Notes: generated by a model not told the origin, from the sequence alone. Counted from the stretch's first letter, positions 11,273 through 23,900 are shown. The stretch is 64,000 nucleotides of DNA from Rebecca billardiae RCC1528 (GCA_965240325.2 OZ251232.1:124001-188000), one strand, 5' to 3'. Made by a program: numbers and translations.

Positions 11273-12664
11273 ATGGCGGCCGCCGTCCGCGCCGATGATG
11301 TGGCCGAGGCTGGCGAGGAGCTGCTGGGCACGCACCCGCTCGGCTCGCGCCGGCTGGTCATCTCGGTGCACCGCACCTTCGCCGAGGTCGACGAGGCCGT
11401 GCCCTTCACCCTCGCCCTGCACAACGACATGTCTCACGAGCTGAGCGCCGGCGGCGGCCATGCTGCCGGGTACGTGCCGCTCTCCGCCGTCGAGCTCTGC
11501 GCGCGCGACGCGCGCGGCGAGGTGGAGATCGAGGCGGTGGGCGCGCGGCCCGGCCGGCCGCACCGCGTGCGCTTCGGACGGCCGAGCCCGGCCGTGCGGC
11601 TGCACGCGCGCGCGGCCGGCGCGCTGAGTTCGGCCAGCCCTCCGCTCACCGTCACGCCGGCGGGCGGCGGCCGCGGCGCGGCGGCCGGCGCGGCGCGCGC
11701 GCCCGCTGGCGCCGATCAGCAGCTATGCTCGCGCACGCTCGAGCTGGGCGGCGGGCTGCCGCCCCTCGAGCTCTACGAGTCGCGCGCGGGCGTGCACACG
11801 CAGCCGTGGGACTGCGGGCTCGCCCTCGCGCTCACGCTCGCGCGCGCGCCGCACCTCGCCGCGGGCGCCGCTGCGCCGCAGCTCGGCGCCGAGGGCGAGG
11901 GCCGCGCCGAGGGCGAGCGGTTGCTACCCCTGCGCGGCGTGCGCGCGCTCGAGCTCGGCGCGGGCACGGGCGCGTGCGCCCTCGCCCTCGCCGCCCTCGG
12001 CGCCCACGTCACCGCCACCGACGCCGAGCCGTCCGCCCTCGAGCTCGTGCGGACAAACGCGCGCGCCAACGGGCTGGGCGCGCGCGTGAGCACGGCTGTG
12101 GTGCGCTGGGGCGAGGACTGCGACGCGCTGCGCGTGCCGTACGACCTGGTGGTGGGCGCCGACGTGGCGTACGCCGAGTGCGCGTTTGCGCCGCTCGTCG
12201 CCACCGTGCGCGCCGTGCTGCTGCGCAGCGCGCCGCGCCGCGCACCCGCCACCGCGCACGCGCCGCCCCTGAGCGCCGCTGCTGACGCGCCGCCCGCCGC
12301 CGACGCCGACGCCGACGCCACCTGCCTGCTGGCCTACAGGCGGCGGTGCGAGGCGCCGAGCGAGGCCCACTTCTTCCACCTGCTCGCCCGCGCCCTGCAC
12401 GTGCAGGAGCTGCCCAGAGGCGCGCTCGGCTACGGCTGCCGCCTCTTCCGGCTGCGCGCGCGCGCGCGCGCGCGCGCGCCGCGCGGGGCGGCGGCGCGGG
12501 CGGTGCGGCCGACGCGAGTGCCGGCTGCCGCTACTGCGACTGGCTGTGCGCCGATCACGCGCGGCGCTTCGTGCGCGAGCGCGCGGCGGCGGAGGGCGCG
12601 GCGGGGGCGGGCGAGGGCGGCGATGGCGGTGCGGGCCACGGCGGCGCGTGGAGCCCCGCGCTGA
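11273..12664 (+). CDS. METTL21/Methyltransf_16-family protein-lysine methyltransferase (true end may be 12690)
   Basis: PWDCGLAL, motif I LELGAGTG, VTATD, VVRWGE, DLVVGADVAY, CLLAYRRR. Possible 2-nt slip in the (GC)n run at 12454-12479. Confidence 0.85.
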   Translation: MAAAVRADDVAEAGEELLGTHPLGSRRLVISVHRTFAEVDEAVPFTLALHNDMSHELSAGGGHAAGYVPLSAVELCARDARGEVEIEAVGARPGRPHRVRFGRPSPAVRLHARAAGALSSASPPLTVTPAGGGRGAAAGAARAPAGADQQLCSRTLELGGGLPPLELYESRAGVHTQPWDCGLALALTLARAPHLAAGAAAPQLGAEGEGRAEGERLLPLRGVRALELGAGTGACALALAALGAHVTATDAEPSALELVRTNARANGLGARVSTAVVRWGEDCDALRVPYDLVVGADVAYAECAFAPLVATVRAVLLRSAPRRAPATAHAPPLSAAADAPPAADADADATCLLAYRRRCEAPSEAHFFHLLARALHVQELPRGALGYGCRLFRLRARARARAPRGAAARAVRPTRVPAAATATGCAPITRGASCASARRRRARRGRARAAMAVRATAARGAPR

Positions 12665-13124
12665 GCGGCCTCCTCACCCTCGACTCTTGACTCAGGTCTG
12701 CCTGGCTGGCCTCTGTGGGACGAGCAGCACCGACGATGCCACGTGCCGATCATCACCGCCGGCCGCCGCCACGCGGTGGCACGGGCCGCTCGCATGGTGG
12801 CAGTCTCGCGGCCGCCTACAACGACTGCTCACGGAACCGAGGCACCGTCGAACGCCTTGCCTTCATAATTGATGGCCAGCACGCGACGCTTGGCGCGCGC
12901 GAGACGGATCGAACTCGCCACTCGGGCTGCGCACGCGCCTCACGTCCGACGTCGTCCACAGCATGCGCCGTCTTGGCTAGAGAGCGCAAGGCCGCGCCGC
13001 ATAACCGATTTATTATTATTCGCGGACTTCCGCGACCGCGCCGTCGGACCGTCGTCGCACACTTTGTCACTCTTACTCTTAGAGTTAGACTTGAGGGCAG
13101 TTGAGGACGCCGTGCGGGCCCAGA

Positions 13125-13205
13125 ATAATATATATAATAATATAATAATAATAATACTATATATATATGTAAGAAGAATATGCATATATATATATATGTA
13201 GATGT

Positions 13206-13282
<77 letters not shown>

Positions 13283-13289
13283 GATAGAT

Positions 13290-13388
<99 letters not shown>

Positions 13389-13429
13389 CGGACTACAATG
13401 GCGGGGCTAATGGCTGCCACCGCACAAAT

Positions 13430-13503
<74 letters not shown>

Positions 13504-13798
13504 CATATCATCCATATGCTCACTCTGCTGATGACATGTATAAACGCTCGATGATCATGATATGCTGCTGTGACTCGGACTCCTACTACTGTAAGTCTGA
13601 GTCACATCAGTACTCACGGTTGTATATAATACCGTGGCGACCGGTCACCGGTAGCTAAGGGCCGAGTGATGTATGTACTACTACGCGGTACTACTGCTAG
13701 GTGAGTCATAAGGACACTATAAGGTCGCATGCATGGCCCGCGGTAATTAATCGGATGACGACGACGCAGACGGATGCTCGATGCGCAGCGTGCTATAA

Positions 13799-13864
<66 letters not shown>
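13125..13864. repeat. Microsatellite cluster: (TAA)n, (GA)n 13206-13279, (GATA)n 13280-13388, (TA)n 13434-13502 and 13803-13864
   Basis: Directly visible. Confidence 0.95.
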
Positions 13865-13866
<2 letters not shown>

Positions 13867-14395
13867 TAATAGCATGATGCCGCGCCGACACATATCATCC
13901 TCACCAATAATCACTACTCGACGACGACATCATCATCGTCATTAATATAGTCGATCTCTCCGTACGCTACTCGCTAGCTCGATCTCTCTGATCGACTATT
14001 CGAGTCTACTCTCTTCGGAGCCGTCTGAGTGAGACTGTCTCGCCTGAGCCGCTCTCGTCTACTAGTCTCTCTAGTCTCTCTCTGCTAGATCATCAGGCAT
14101 CGTCATCGGCATCGATCGCGACATGATATATATACTTGTACGCCGATCAGTATACGCGCGTCTATCAGGGCTGCCAGTCAATTGAGATACACCGCTGTCA
14201 GGCGTCAGCTGGCTGCGCCGGAGAAGTGACCAAAGGCTCGTCCGGCCCGACCGCGACCGCTCTCCGGAGGACAACGACTACGACAGGTCAGGCCCGCGTC
14301 GAATAATACGAACAGGTTGTTTCCAGCCGATATAATAACCATTCAGACGGGCATTGCCGGGTTGCACCCGGCAATGCTGCATTCACCCCGGTCCT

Positions 14396-15307
<912 letters not shown>

Positions 15308-15411
15308 CCGCCGGCAGAAAGACCAGACTTTGCGCCCAGTTTTGACCAAAACGATGGGTTTTTAACTCCGCGCAATCTGGGTAACCTGACAGTTATAGTG
15401 GCTCGGCCCTT

Positions 15412-15925
15412 TATGGTACTGCATCCGATGGTCATGGTATGGTACTGCTGTGTGCATGGTATGGTAATGCCGCATGGCTGTATGGTATGAGTACTGCTGC
15501 GCGCATGGTATGGTACTGCATGGTACTGTATACAATACATATGGTATGGTACTGCTGCTGTGTGCATGGTATGGTACTGCATGATATGGTATATTGCATG
15601 ATGGTACTGTATGGTATGCGGGTTCTGCTGTGCGCATGGTACGTACGGTGACCTAATGCGGTTCTGCAGTGCACATGGCATGGTACGCTGCACGGTACTG
15701 TATGGTATGGTAATGCTGTGCGCATGGTACGTATGGTGCTGCTGCGCGCATGGTATGGTACTGCATGGTACTGTATGGTATCGGGTACTGCTGTGCGCAT
15801 GGTATGGTACTGCATCATGGCATGATGGTACTGCTGTGCGCATGGTATGGTACTGCATCATGGTATGGTACTGCTGTGCGCATGGTATGGTACTGCATGG
15901 TATGGTACTGCATGATGGTACTATG
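15412..15925. repeat. Degenerate pentamer satellite (ATGGT/ACTGC blocks)
   Basis: gcatggtatggtactgc-type units repeated for about 500 bp. Confidence 0.93.
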
Positions 15926-16359
15926 TTGGATGGCGTTAATCACACCGCCTTAACCAAGTGTGCACGTTAAATCATAGTACTGAATTGTATACGTTTGCTG
16001 AGCTGTACGTACGCTGAGCTGCTGCCCAAGGTGTCATATCCAATATATCCAGTTTAATGATGTCGTAGTTGGAGAAGCCCTGTATGAAATGTCGTTCTGG
16101 ACTGCTAATAAGTACTGATGCCGATAAATGTAGTCCCATATCGGCGCGCGGGGGCGTGACCCAAATAATAATAAGTGAATCGCCGGGTCACTGAGGTGCA
16201 TGAGAATGATATTGAGAAGACGACGATCAAGAGTTGGGTAACCATATGCGGTTTCATTGGTTTCAAGAGTTGGCGGTGCCATTCGTCCACCTGACACTTT
16301 GACCGATGATCATGATCGCGACGATTCTCGTCCTGATGATGTAGTTTTATAATTATTAT

Positions 16360-16676
16360 TGTCAGGGAACGCGTCTTGAGCTTGACGGTCGAGTCGCGGT
16401 CGACGAGCTTCGGCTCTTGTTTTCGGTGGTGCGGAGCACAACGTGTTTGTGCTGCGCTCGGCTCATGTTTCGTTCACTTCAGAATATCATCTGGAATGCT
16501 TCGAGATGCCGCCGCAGCCATGCTGTCCTGCTGTATTTTAGGATGAGGTTCAGGTTGATTTTGGAGGATTTTGTGCGAGCGCCGCCGCAGCGGTCGCGCC
16601 GCCACTGTGTGACTGCGAGTAAAATGTTGGATTGGAAATTGGCGGAAATCACTGTAGATTGGCGATTCCTTTGACA
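16360..16676 (-). repeat. 3' LTR (317 bp)
   Basis: TG..CA termini, preceded on the minus strand by the PPT. Confidence 0.93.
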
Positions 16677-16943
16677 CCCCCCCTCAATCCAATATGCGCT
16701 CGTCTGTGAGGACTAAGCTTGGATTATGAGTGATTTTGGGCGCTTGGTATTGTTTGTGCATCTGTGTGCATGAGTGAATTGGAGTCAGTAATGGTTGCCA
16801 ATGCCAGGATACGGGTCATGTGCTGGGACTTCCGTGTGACGGTTTTGGGTAACCCGAGTCAGTCCTGGGCTTATTTGCACCATGTGTTCACTCTTTGGCC
16901 TTGATCTTGGACCTTGTTATTGGGCTATGCCCTGCCTTGATAG

Positions 16944-18548
16944 TTAATCATAGGCATCCGGAGCAGGAATATCCAGGAAATGGATACGCTCCTTGGGAAA
17001 CTTGTTGGCTCCCTTGTTTTTGCCTTTGTTGTAATTGTTGGCCTTGGGGCGTAGCTCTGGGTGGAGCCTCCAACACTGCTGGGCAGTATGGTTCTTGAGA
17101 CCACAGTGAGTGCACCGTTTGCCGGTGTCCGAGTTATTCGGCCCGCTCTCGCCATTGGCTGGAGCCTTTTGGGCCTGAGCGGCGAAGACTTCGGCGCCCT
17201 CAAAGTCACCGCGTCGCCGCGTGCCTTGCTGATAATCAGCATTTTGGCGTATCTTGGAATAGTTTTCGGTCTCTCTCCCCTTGGTATTGTTCTGATGGAG
17301 TAGCTTCATTGAGCCGTGCCGTTTGTAGGCATCTTCCATCTGGGCCATTATCTGGTCAGTGTTATCCACACATTGCTCGGGCGTGAGCGCTCCGAAGTGC
17401 GAGATAACTGACTCGTAGACTTGGGGATGGTCGTGCATGCTGTTATACAGCTTGAAGACCAACATCGTAGCATCGTCCAGATTCCCATATCGAGATGAGC
17501 GGACTTGCTCGACGGATTTCTTGATAATGTCCGATGCGCCAATGGGCGACACCTTTGTGGGGTATAACTTCAGGAATTCATCCCTGAGTTCGGACATAGT
17601 TGTGATCTTGAGCTCGCGCTCGAATATCTGTAGCAGCAGCGCCAGATCCAAGTAGTTCTTGGTCGGGTCGCTGATGTGCAGCTTCGATTCCAGATAGGCG
17701 AATAACTGAGGCTCGATAGAGTCCTTCAGCTGCTTGAATATCGCTGCCGCAGATCGATCGTAGACCGATCCGATCTTGTTGGCGTCAGCGTTGTCAGCCT
17801 TGTATGGATCGATTTTGGCTGCGTCTTTCACCCATTTGTCTTTGGCAATGAGTTGAAAGCCGGATAGCTTGCTATCCTTGGGCTCCATTATGTCAGGTGT
17901 GACATCTGAGGATTTGCCCTTGTAGTAGGTGCTCACTTCTGCGAGTGCATCCCGTATCGCGCTGTGTACCGCGCGCTTGGATTTCAGAGCCGACTGTGTC
18001 AGCTTGTGTGTGGCGGGTGTATCCACTCCTGCCGAGGATTCGCGTGGCATGAACACACGTTCCTTCTTGTTTGGATTAGAGTCTGTGACTCCTCCTTCGA
18101 TGACTATCCAGTCACGTTTCTTCGACTCAAGTGCATTGGTCGATATGTCGCGCGCGCTCTGTGGCGATTCGCGCTCTACCTTCGAGCGAGGAGTGACCCT
18201 CGTCGAGGCGGTGGTGCCTTCTTTGGGCTTCTTCACGCTCGTTCTGTCCTGCGGTGATGCATGTGCATCCGCGGCAGCTTCGGCGGAATACTCTTCCTTG
18301 CAAGAGTGTGGCGTTGTGATGGCTGACGCAGCAGATGCATGCGCATGCGCGTCGCGCTCGCCAACTTCAACTTGGTTTTGCTGCGGCTTTGCCGTCAAGC
18401 AGGTGTATGATGCCCCCCTTGCATCGTATGCGCTTCCTACGTTCGACGCGAGTCGATACGTGCCAGACGAGGACTCTGCCGTCTCTGCGGCGGTCATCTC
18501 GCGGCTGCTTGTGTCGCTCGTGGCGAGCAGCTCGGCTTCGGAAGCCAT
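16944..18548 (-). CDS. gag: Gag-like polyprotein with CCHC zinc knuckle
   Basis: Intact 534-aa ORF inside the LTR element, lower GC than host genes. Knuckle CTHCGLKNHTAQQCW (CX2CX4HX4C, Copia style). Confidence 0.85.
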   Translation of the reverse strand: MASEAELLATSDTSSREMTAAETAESSSGTYRLASNVGSAYDARGASYTCLTAKPQQNQVEVGERDAHAHASAASAITTPHSCKEEYSAEAAADAHASPQDRTSVKKPKEGTTASTRVTPRSKVERESPQSARDISTNALESKKRDWIVIEGGVTDSNPNKKERVFMPRESSAGVDTPATHKLTQSALKSKRAVHSAIRDALAEVSTYYKGKSSDVTPDIMEPKDSKLSGFQLIAKDKWVKDAAKIDPYKADNADANKIGSVYDRSAAAIFKQLKDSIEPQLFAYLESKLHISDPTKNYLDLALLLQIFERELKITTMSELRDEFLKLYPTKVSPIGASDIIKKSVEQVRSSRYGNLDDATMLVFKLYNSMHDHPQVYESVISHFGALTPEQCVDNTDQIMAQMEDAYKRHGSMKLLHQNNTKGRETENYSKIRQNADYQQGTRRRGDFEGAEVFAAQAQKAPANGESGPNNSDTGKRCTHCGLKNHTAQQCWRLHPELRPKANNYNKGKNKGANKFPKERIHFLDIPAPDAYD

Positions 18549-18956
18549 CGTGAGGCTTGTAGTTTTGGGGTAAACGTATTTGTTTGGGTCAGGCGCATCA
18601 ACAATAAATGCGGCCGCTGACTTAATGCTTCAGCTCGCTGTGACAGAGTCACGCGTCGTAGCATCTTGGAGCATAGTTTGCTCTGCCAGACCATACAGGT
18701 CGTTTGAGTCGCACTCATCGGTGCTAATGTCATCGTTCGATCGGTCAGACTCAGACACAAGTGTCGTGCGCGCGAGGCTGCAGACTGACTGCGGTCACGA
18801 CCACGCTGTCAATAATAAGTGACACTGTCATTGGCGGCGGCCAGAAGGCCAGCACGCCGAGCAGCGTCGGCAGGCTCGAGGGCCTCGACGGTCGAAGCGG
18901 CATCAGCGGCAGCAGCGTCGAGCGCTACATCTGCCCCGGAACGCTCGGTGACCTCG

Positions 18957-19814
18957 GACCCGTTGCACGCGTGAGCGCCGAAAAAACGACACTTTGGCAG
19001 TGATAGTCATCAGCACCGTCGCCGCATCGTGGGCATGCCGCTGCCGCCGCCGGCGGCGGCAGCGGGAGCGTGGCAGCAGATCTACCACCTTCCGCGTTAC
19101 GCGCTGCGTCGTGCGCGCCAGGTGGCAGGTTTCCCAGGTCCGCCGCGCGGAAGGCAGCGTGAGCGGTCGGCGAGCGCACGGAGATGAGAAGTAAGCGCGC
19201 ATCGTGAGAGCTTCAGCAGCTTGCCCACGCGCTTCACGAAGGCGGTGTGGTTGCGTGCGCACGCCTTCTGTACCCGTACCCGCGATCAAAGCGTGAGCCA
19301 CTCCCTAGGTCTTGCCTGCGCATCGCGGGCCGCGCCTCGTCTCCTGAATCCTCGTTCACGAGGACAGCACGTGTATCCGTGTACGCGCTCGCGGCCGATG
19401 GCGGCTCCCCGCGTCGAGAGCCGTTTGGCTGGAGCCGCATCCAAGGGCATGTATCCTCACGGCCCCACCCGATGCTGACGCTGAGGTGGCGTGCTTGCCG
19501 AAGGTAGCCGCATTGGCTGATCTCTCTGCCTTTGGGCAACCCTTTGCAACCGCGCCGGCTCACGCTGCCAGCGCGCGCGCGGCGTGGCTTCGTGGTGGAC
19601 ACCTGCCCTGGGTTTTGTCGTTCGTTCTCAGCGACGGTTGGGTCGATTGACATGCGGATTGGATTGGTGCATTGCGAATCGGCTTCGCAATGCACCATTG
19701 CGCTCGGATCGGCGCGGACGTCAGCCATGCGGCAGCGCGAGCGACAAAACCGCGAGATTTCATACGCTTGTCGTTTTTTCATACGCTCACGGTTACTCAC
19801 CCGTGCAACGGGTC
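18957..19814. mobile_element. Nested non-autonomous TIR element (MITE-like, 858 bp)
   Basis: TIR gacccgttgcacgcgtgag / ctcacccgtgcaacgggtc (1 mismatch), with subterminal gaaaaaacgaca inverted at both ends. CTCG flanks both sides (18953-18956, 19815-19818). Confidence 0.7.
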
Positions 19815-20405
19815 CTCGTTCGATGACTCGGAGGCAGCAAGGCACTCCTTGAGCTGCGGGCACGCGGCCACGCGCTGTTCCGCGCTTGCGGGCGCAAAGT
19901 CCCGGGCGGTAGTTGTTGAGATCCCCTGCGCAACGACGTGCGTGCGGATGGAGTGGCGCGATGGCGGGGGATGCGAGCGGTAACGCTCCTCCTCACCGCG
20001 CTGTGCGCGAACCTCCTCCTCAAGGTGATCCTTGATTGACTCGGCATGAAGCCGGTCGATGCGCGGTGCAATCGCACTCGACGCGTGGCTGCCTGAATTC
20101 AGGTCAGCGGTGTTGCCAGGCCCGTAGGCGCTGGAGATGGGCTTGCGGAGAAGCGTGAGCTTCTCGCCTTGCCGGTTCTTCTCAGCCTGCATGCCTCTCA
20201 GGGCAGCGGCGAGGTAGTCTGGCGTGCGCTTGCGCGCAACCGCCGATGTCCGCCGATGAGCCGCGCGGCATTGCCGCGCGCTCGGCCACGCCTGGCTTCA
20301 ACCCAATGAGGGGAGCAACTGGGGCGGGCTGATGGCCGTTCACGTCCTTGCCGCTGTTCTCGTCGTCTCCGTCCTTGCCCAAGTTCTCCCAGCACCGTGC
20401 TAGCA

Positions 20406-20724
20406 TGTCAGGGAACGCGTCTTGAGCTTGACGGTCGAGTCGCGGTCGACGCGAGCTTCGGCTCTTGTTTTCGGTGCGGAGCACAACGTGTTTGTGCTGC
20501 GCTCGGCTCATGTTTCGTTCACTTCAGAATATCATCTGGAATGCTTCGAGATGCCGCCGCAGCCATGCTGTCCTGCTGTATTTTAGGATGAGGTTCAGGT
20601 TGATTTTGGAGGATTTTGTGCGTCTGCGAGCGCCGCCGCAGCGGTCGCGCCGCCACTGTGTGACTGCGAGTAAAATGTTGGATTGGAAATTGGAAATCAC
20701 TGTAGATTGGCGATTCCTTTGACA
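20406..20724 (-). repeat. 5' LTR (319 bp)
   Basis: Identical to the 3' LTR except for 4 small indels. Confidence 0.93.
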
Positions 20725-20924
20725 ATTATTGTACTGCGTGCTATATATACTATAATAATAACATAATTCTGCGTCATATGATGTGTGTGTATATATGATA
20801 TATATATATATCATATATATTACGATAGGCTGATGATGACGATGGAAACGTCGCCCTCCTACTACTAGCGCTACGACTGCGCTGCAGCCGTCGTCGCGGC
20901 TCGGCTCAGGCTCCATGTCCATGA

Positions 20925-23900
20925 CTAGGAGGCGCCACCTTGCAGCGCGAGCGCTGCGGGCGGCAGCGCCAGATAGGACGGCATCGGGCAGACGAGCGGC
21001 AAGCCGATCGACGACGCCGCGAGGGTATCGCCAGCCGCCCCGCCAGCCCCTGCCGCCGCGGGCGCCCGCGCGCCGCGTGGCCACACCGCGGCGGCGGCTG
21101 GCTGCGGAGCGCGCCACGGCCCTGCCACGGGCGCGGGCGCGGGGGCGGCGGCGCGCGGGGGCGGCGGCGGCGGCCCGGGCAGCGGGGGCGTCGGCTGGCC
21201 CGCGCCACCCCCAGGGGCACCGGCGTGCCGTGGCTCGCTTGGCCGCGGCGCGAGGGCGGCTGGCCGCGCGCCACCGCCCGCCTCGTGGCCGCCAGCCGGG
21301 CCGGGCGGCAGCGCACGCGCGGCGGCCGCGTGCGCGCTGATGGGCGGCCGCGGCGGCAGGCGCGCGGCCCGGCGGTGCGTCGGCGGCGGCGGCGAGCCGA
21401 AAGCGGACGGCCCGGAAGAGCGGGCGAGCACCGCGCTCGCGGGGTCACGCGTCGTCGAGCGTGCTAAAGCGGCGGCGGCGGCCTCCCCCGCCGCCGCCTC
21501 CGCCACCGCGGCGGCTGCCGCGACCGCGCCCGCCGCCGCCGCCGCCGCCGCCCGGTGCGGCGCGGGCGCGGGCGCGGGCGCGGGCTCGGCCTCAGACCGG
21601 CTCCGAGTCGGCGCGAGCGCGCGCAGCGTGCGCGCCAGTGCCGTGCTCGCGCGCAGGCGCAGCCAGCCGGCACGCGTGCCGCGCAGCCGCCAGAGCGCGC
21701 TCGCCGCCTCGGCGAGCGGCTTGCGCGCCGCCCCACGCGCGGCGCGCAGCCGCGCCCAGCCCGCCGGCAGCGCGCGCGCGCGCCGGAGCGCGCGCGCGCC
21801 CTCGGCGAGCGGCGCGCGCGCTGCGCGCCGCGCGCCGCTCGCGGCCGCCGCGCGTTGCCAGCGGCGCAGGTGGGGGCCACGCGCGGCGCGGAGCTGCTCG
21901 TGGGCGAGCGCGCGCCGAGTGCCCGCGGCAGCGAGCGCGTGCAACGCCGCGCCCTGCCGCTCGTTCCGCCGCTGCGCCGCCAGCGCCGCCGCCGCGGCGC
22001 GCGCGCGCGCGGCGCGCTCGGCGCGCGCGCGCCACGCGCGCACGGCGCGCGCGCTCGCCGCGCGGCGCGCGGCCGCTAGCGCGTGCGCGCTGAGCGGCGG
22101 CGGGGCGCGCGCGCCACGGCCGCGCGCCGCCGCCACCGCCGCGTGCGAGACGGGCAGCATCCGCGCCAGGCCGTGCGTCGCCAGCGCCAGCTCGCGCGCG
22201 CGCGCGTTAGCGCAGCGCGCGGCGCCGCTGCCGCGCAGCGCGCGCGCCGAGCGCGCGGGCGGGCCGCCGACGCCGCCGCCCGCGCCGTCGGTGGCGGGCG
22301 GGTGGGCGGCGGCGAGGACGACGCGCGGCGGGCTTGCAGAGGGGCTCGGCGCGGCCGCCGAGCATGCCGGCCCGACGCCGCTCGCGCCCGCGCGCAGCCC
22401 ACCGCCCGCCGCCGCGCGCGTGGGCGGCCGCGGCCGCGGCCGCGGCTCAGCGGAGGCGGCGGGCGCGGCCGAGGCGGCGGCCGCGCGCGCGCGCTCGCGC
22501 TCGGCAGCCGCCGCGTGCGCGCGGCGCAGGGCGCGGCGGCGCGCGGCGGCGCTGGCCGCGGCGGCCCACGCGCGCATGGCCCACGCGCGCGCACACACAC
22601 CCGCCGCCGCGCGCGCGGCCGCGCGGCCGCGGCGCAGCGCGGCAGCGGCAGCGGCCGCCCACGCGCGCAGCGCTGCGCGCGCGTGCTGCGCGCGTGCTGC
22701 GCCGCGGCGCGCGCGCGCCGCGCGCAGGCGCGCGGCCGCCGCGCCGAGCGCGCGCACGCCCGCGGCATGCAGCGCGCGCGCGCTCGCCCCGCGCCCCGCG
22801 CGCACGCGCGCACGCCGCGCGGCGTGCGCCGCCAGAGCGCGCTGCGCCCGGCGCGCGGCGCGCGTCCACCACTCAGCCGCAGCGACCGCCGCGCGCCACC
22901 GCGCCGCCGCGGCGCGGTGCGCGTGGCGGCGCCAGCGCGCGGCGGCGGCGCGCAGTGCGCGCGGCCGGCGCACGCCGAGCTCCCAGCGCGCGCACGCCGC
23001 GGCCCGCCGGCGCCTCGCCCGGGCCTCTGCCCCCATCGTGCGCAGCGCATGCCGCGCGCCGCGGCGCGCTCGCGCGCGCGCGCGCGCCGTGCGTGCGCGC
23101 GCGCGCGCGCGCGCCGCGGCGGCGGAGGCCCAGTGGCGAAGCGCCGCCACGCCCGCGGCGCGGGCGCATGCGCACCGCGCCCGCAGCGCGAGCCCCACCG
23201 CGGCGCGCCGCGCGGCCGTCGCCGCGCGCGCGCGCGCGAGTGCGCGCGCGCGGCTGTGCGCGCGCGCGCGCGCCGCGTCCAACGTGCACAGCGCTCGGGC
23301 GAGTGCGGCGAGGCGCCAGCGGCGCAGCGCGGCGCAGGCGCGGTGGGCGTCCGCGATGGCGCCCCCGCGCGCGCGACGAGCGCCCACAGACGCCGCGAGC
23401 GCGAGCGCGCGCATGGCGCGCGCGCGCTCGACCGCCGGTGCGCCACCGCCGCGCGGCTCGGCCGACGGCGCGCGGCCGCTCGGCCGCGGTGGCTGCGGAT
23501 CGCGTCGCGCGGCGCCGCCGGGCTGGAGGCGGCGCGCGGCGTGCTCGAGGCGCACGAGCACGTCCTCGTAGCTCGCGTCCAGGCTCGCGCGGCCTCCCGC
23601 CGCCGCCGCCGCCGCCGCTGCCGCCGCGTGTGTCTGCGGTGCCGAGGAGGGCGAGAGCGCGTCCGACGCAGCGGCGAGGCGCGCGTGCGGGCGCGCGCGA
23701 CGGCGCGCGCACCACGCGAACCAGCGGCGTAGTGCCTGCCGGCTCGCGCGCGCGCGAGCGCTCGGCGCGCGCGCGCGCAGGGCGCTCGCGCGCGAGCGCG
23801 CGAGCGCGCGCGCGTGCGTCTCCGCGCGCGCGGCGGCGGGCGCGCGCGCCCAGCGCCGCAGCGCAGCCCGCTGCAGGGCGAGCTCGAGCTGCAGCCGGTG

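Larger units (their letters stand above)
16360..20724 (-). mobile_element. Complete non-autonomous Copia-type LTR retrotransposon, gag only (TR-GAG-like)
   Basis: LTRs 16360-16676 and 20406-20724 (TGTCA...TGACA). 5-bp TSD ATTAT at 16355-16359 and 20725-20729. PPT TTGAGGGGGGG on the minus strand abuts the 3' LTR. PBS-like TGCTAGCACGG follows the 5' LTR. No pol. Confidence 0.93.

Noticed and set aside
16690-16990. Protease/pol remnant after gag (HFLDIPA)
   Set aside because: It lacks the D-S/T-G-A motif, a stop follows within a few codons, and no integrase or RT motifs appear in any listed frame.
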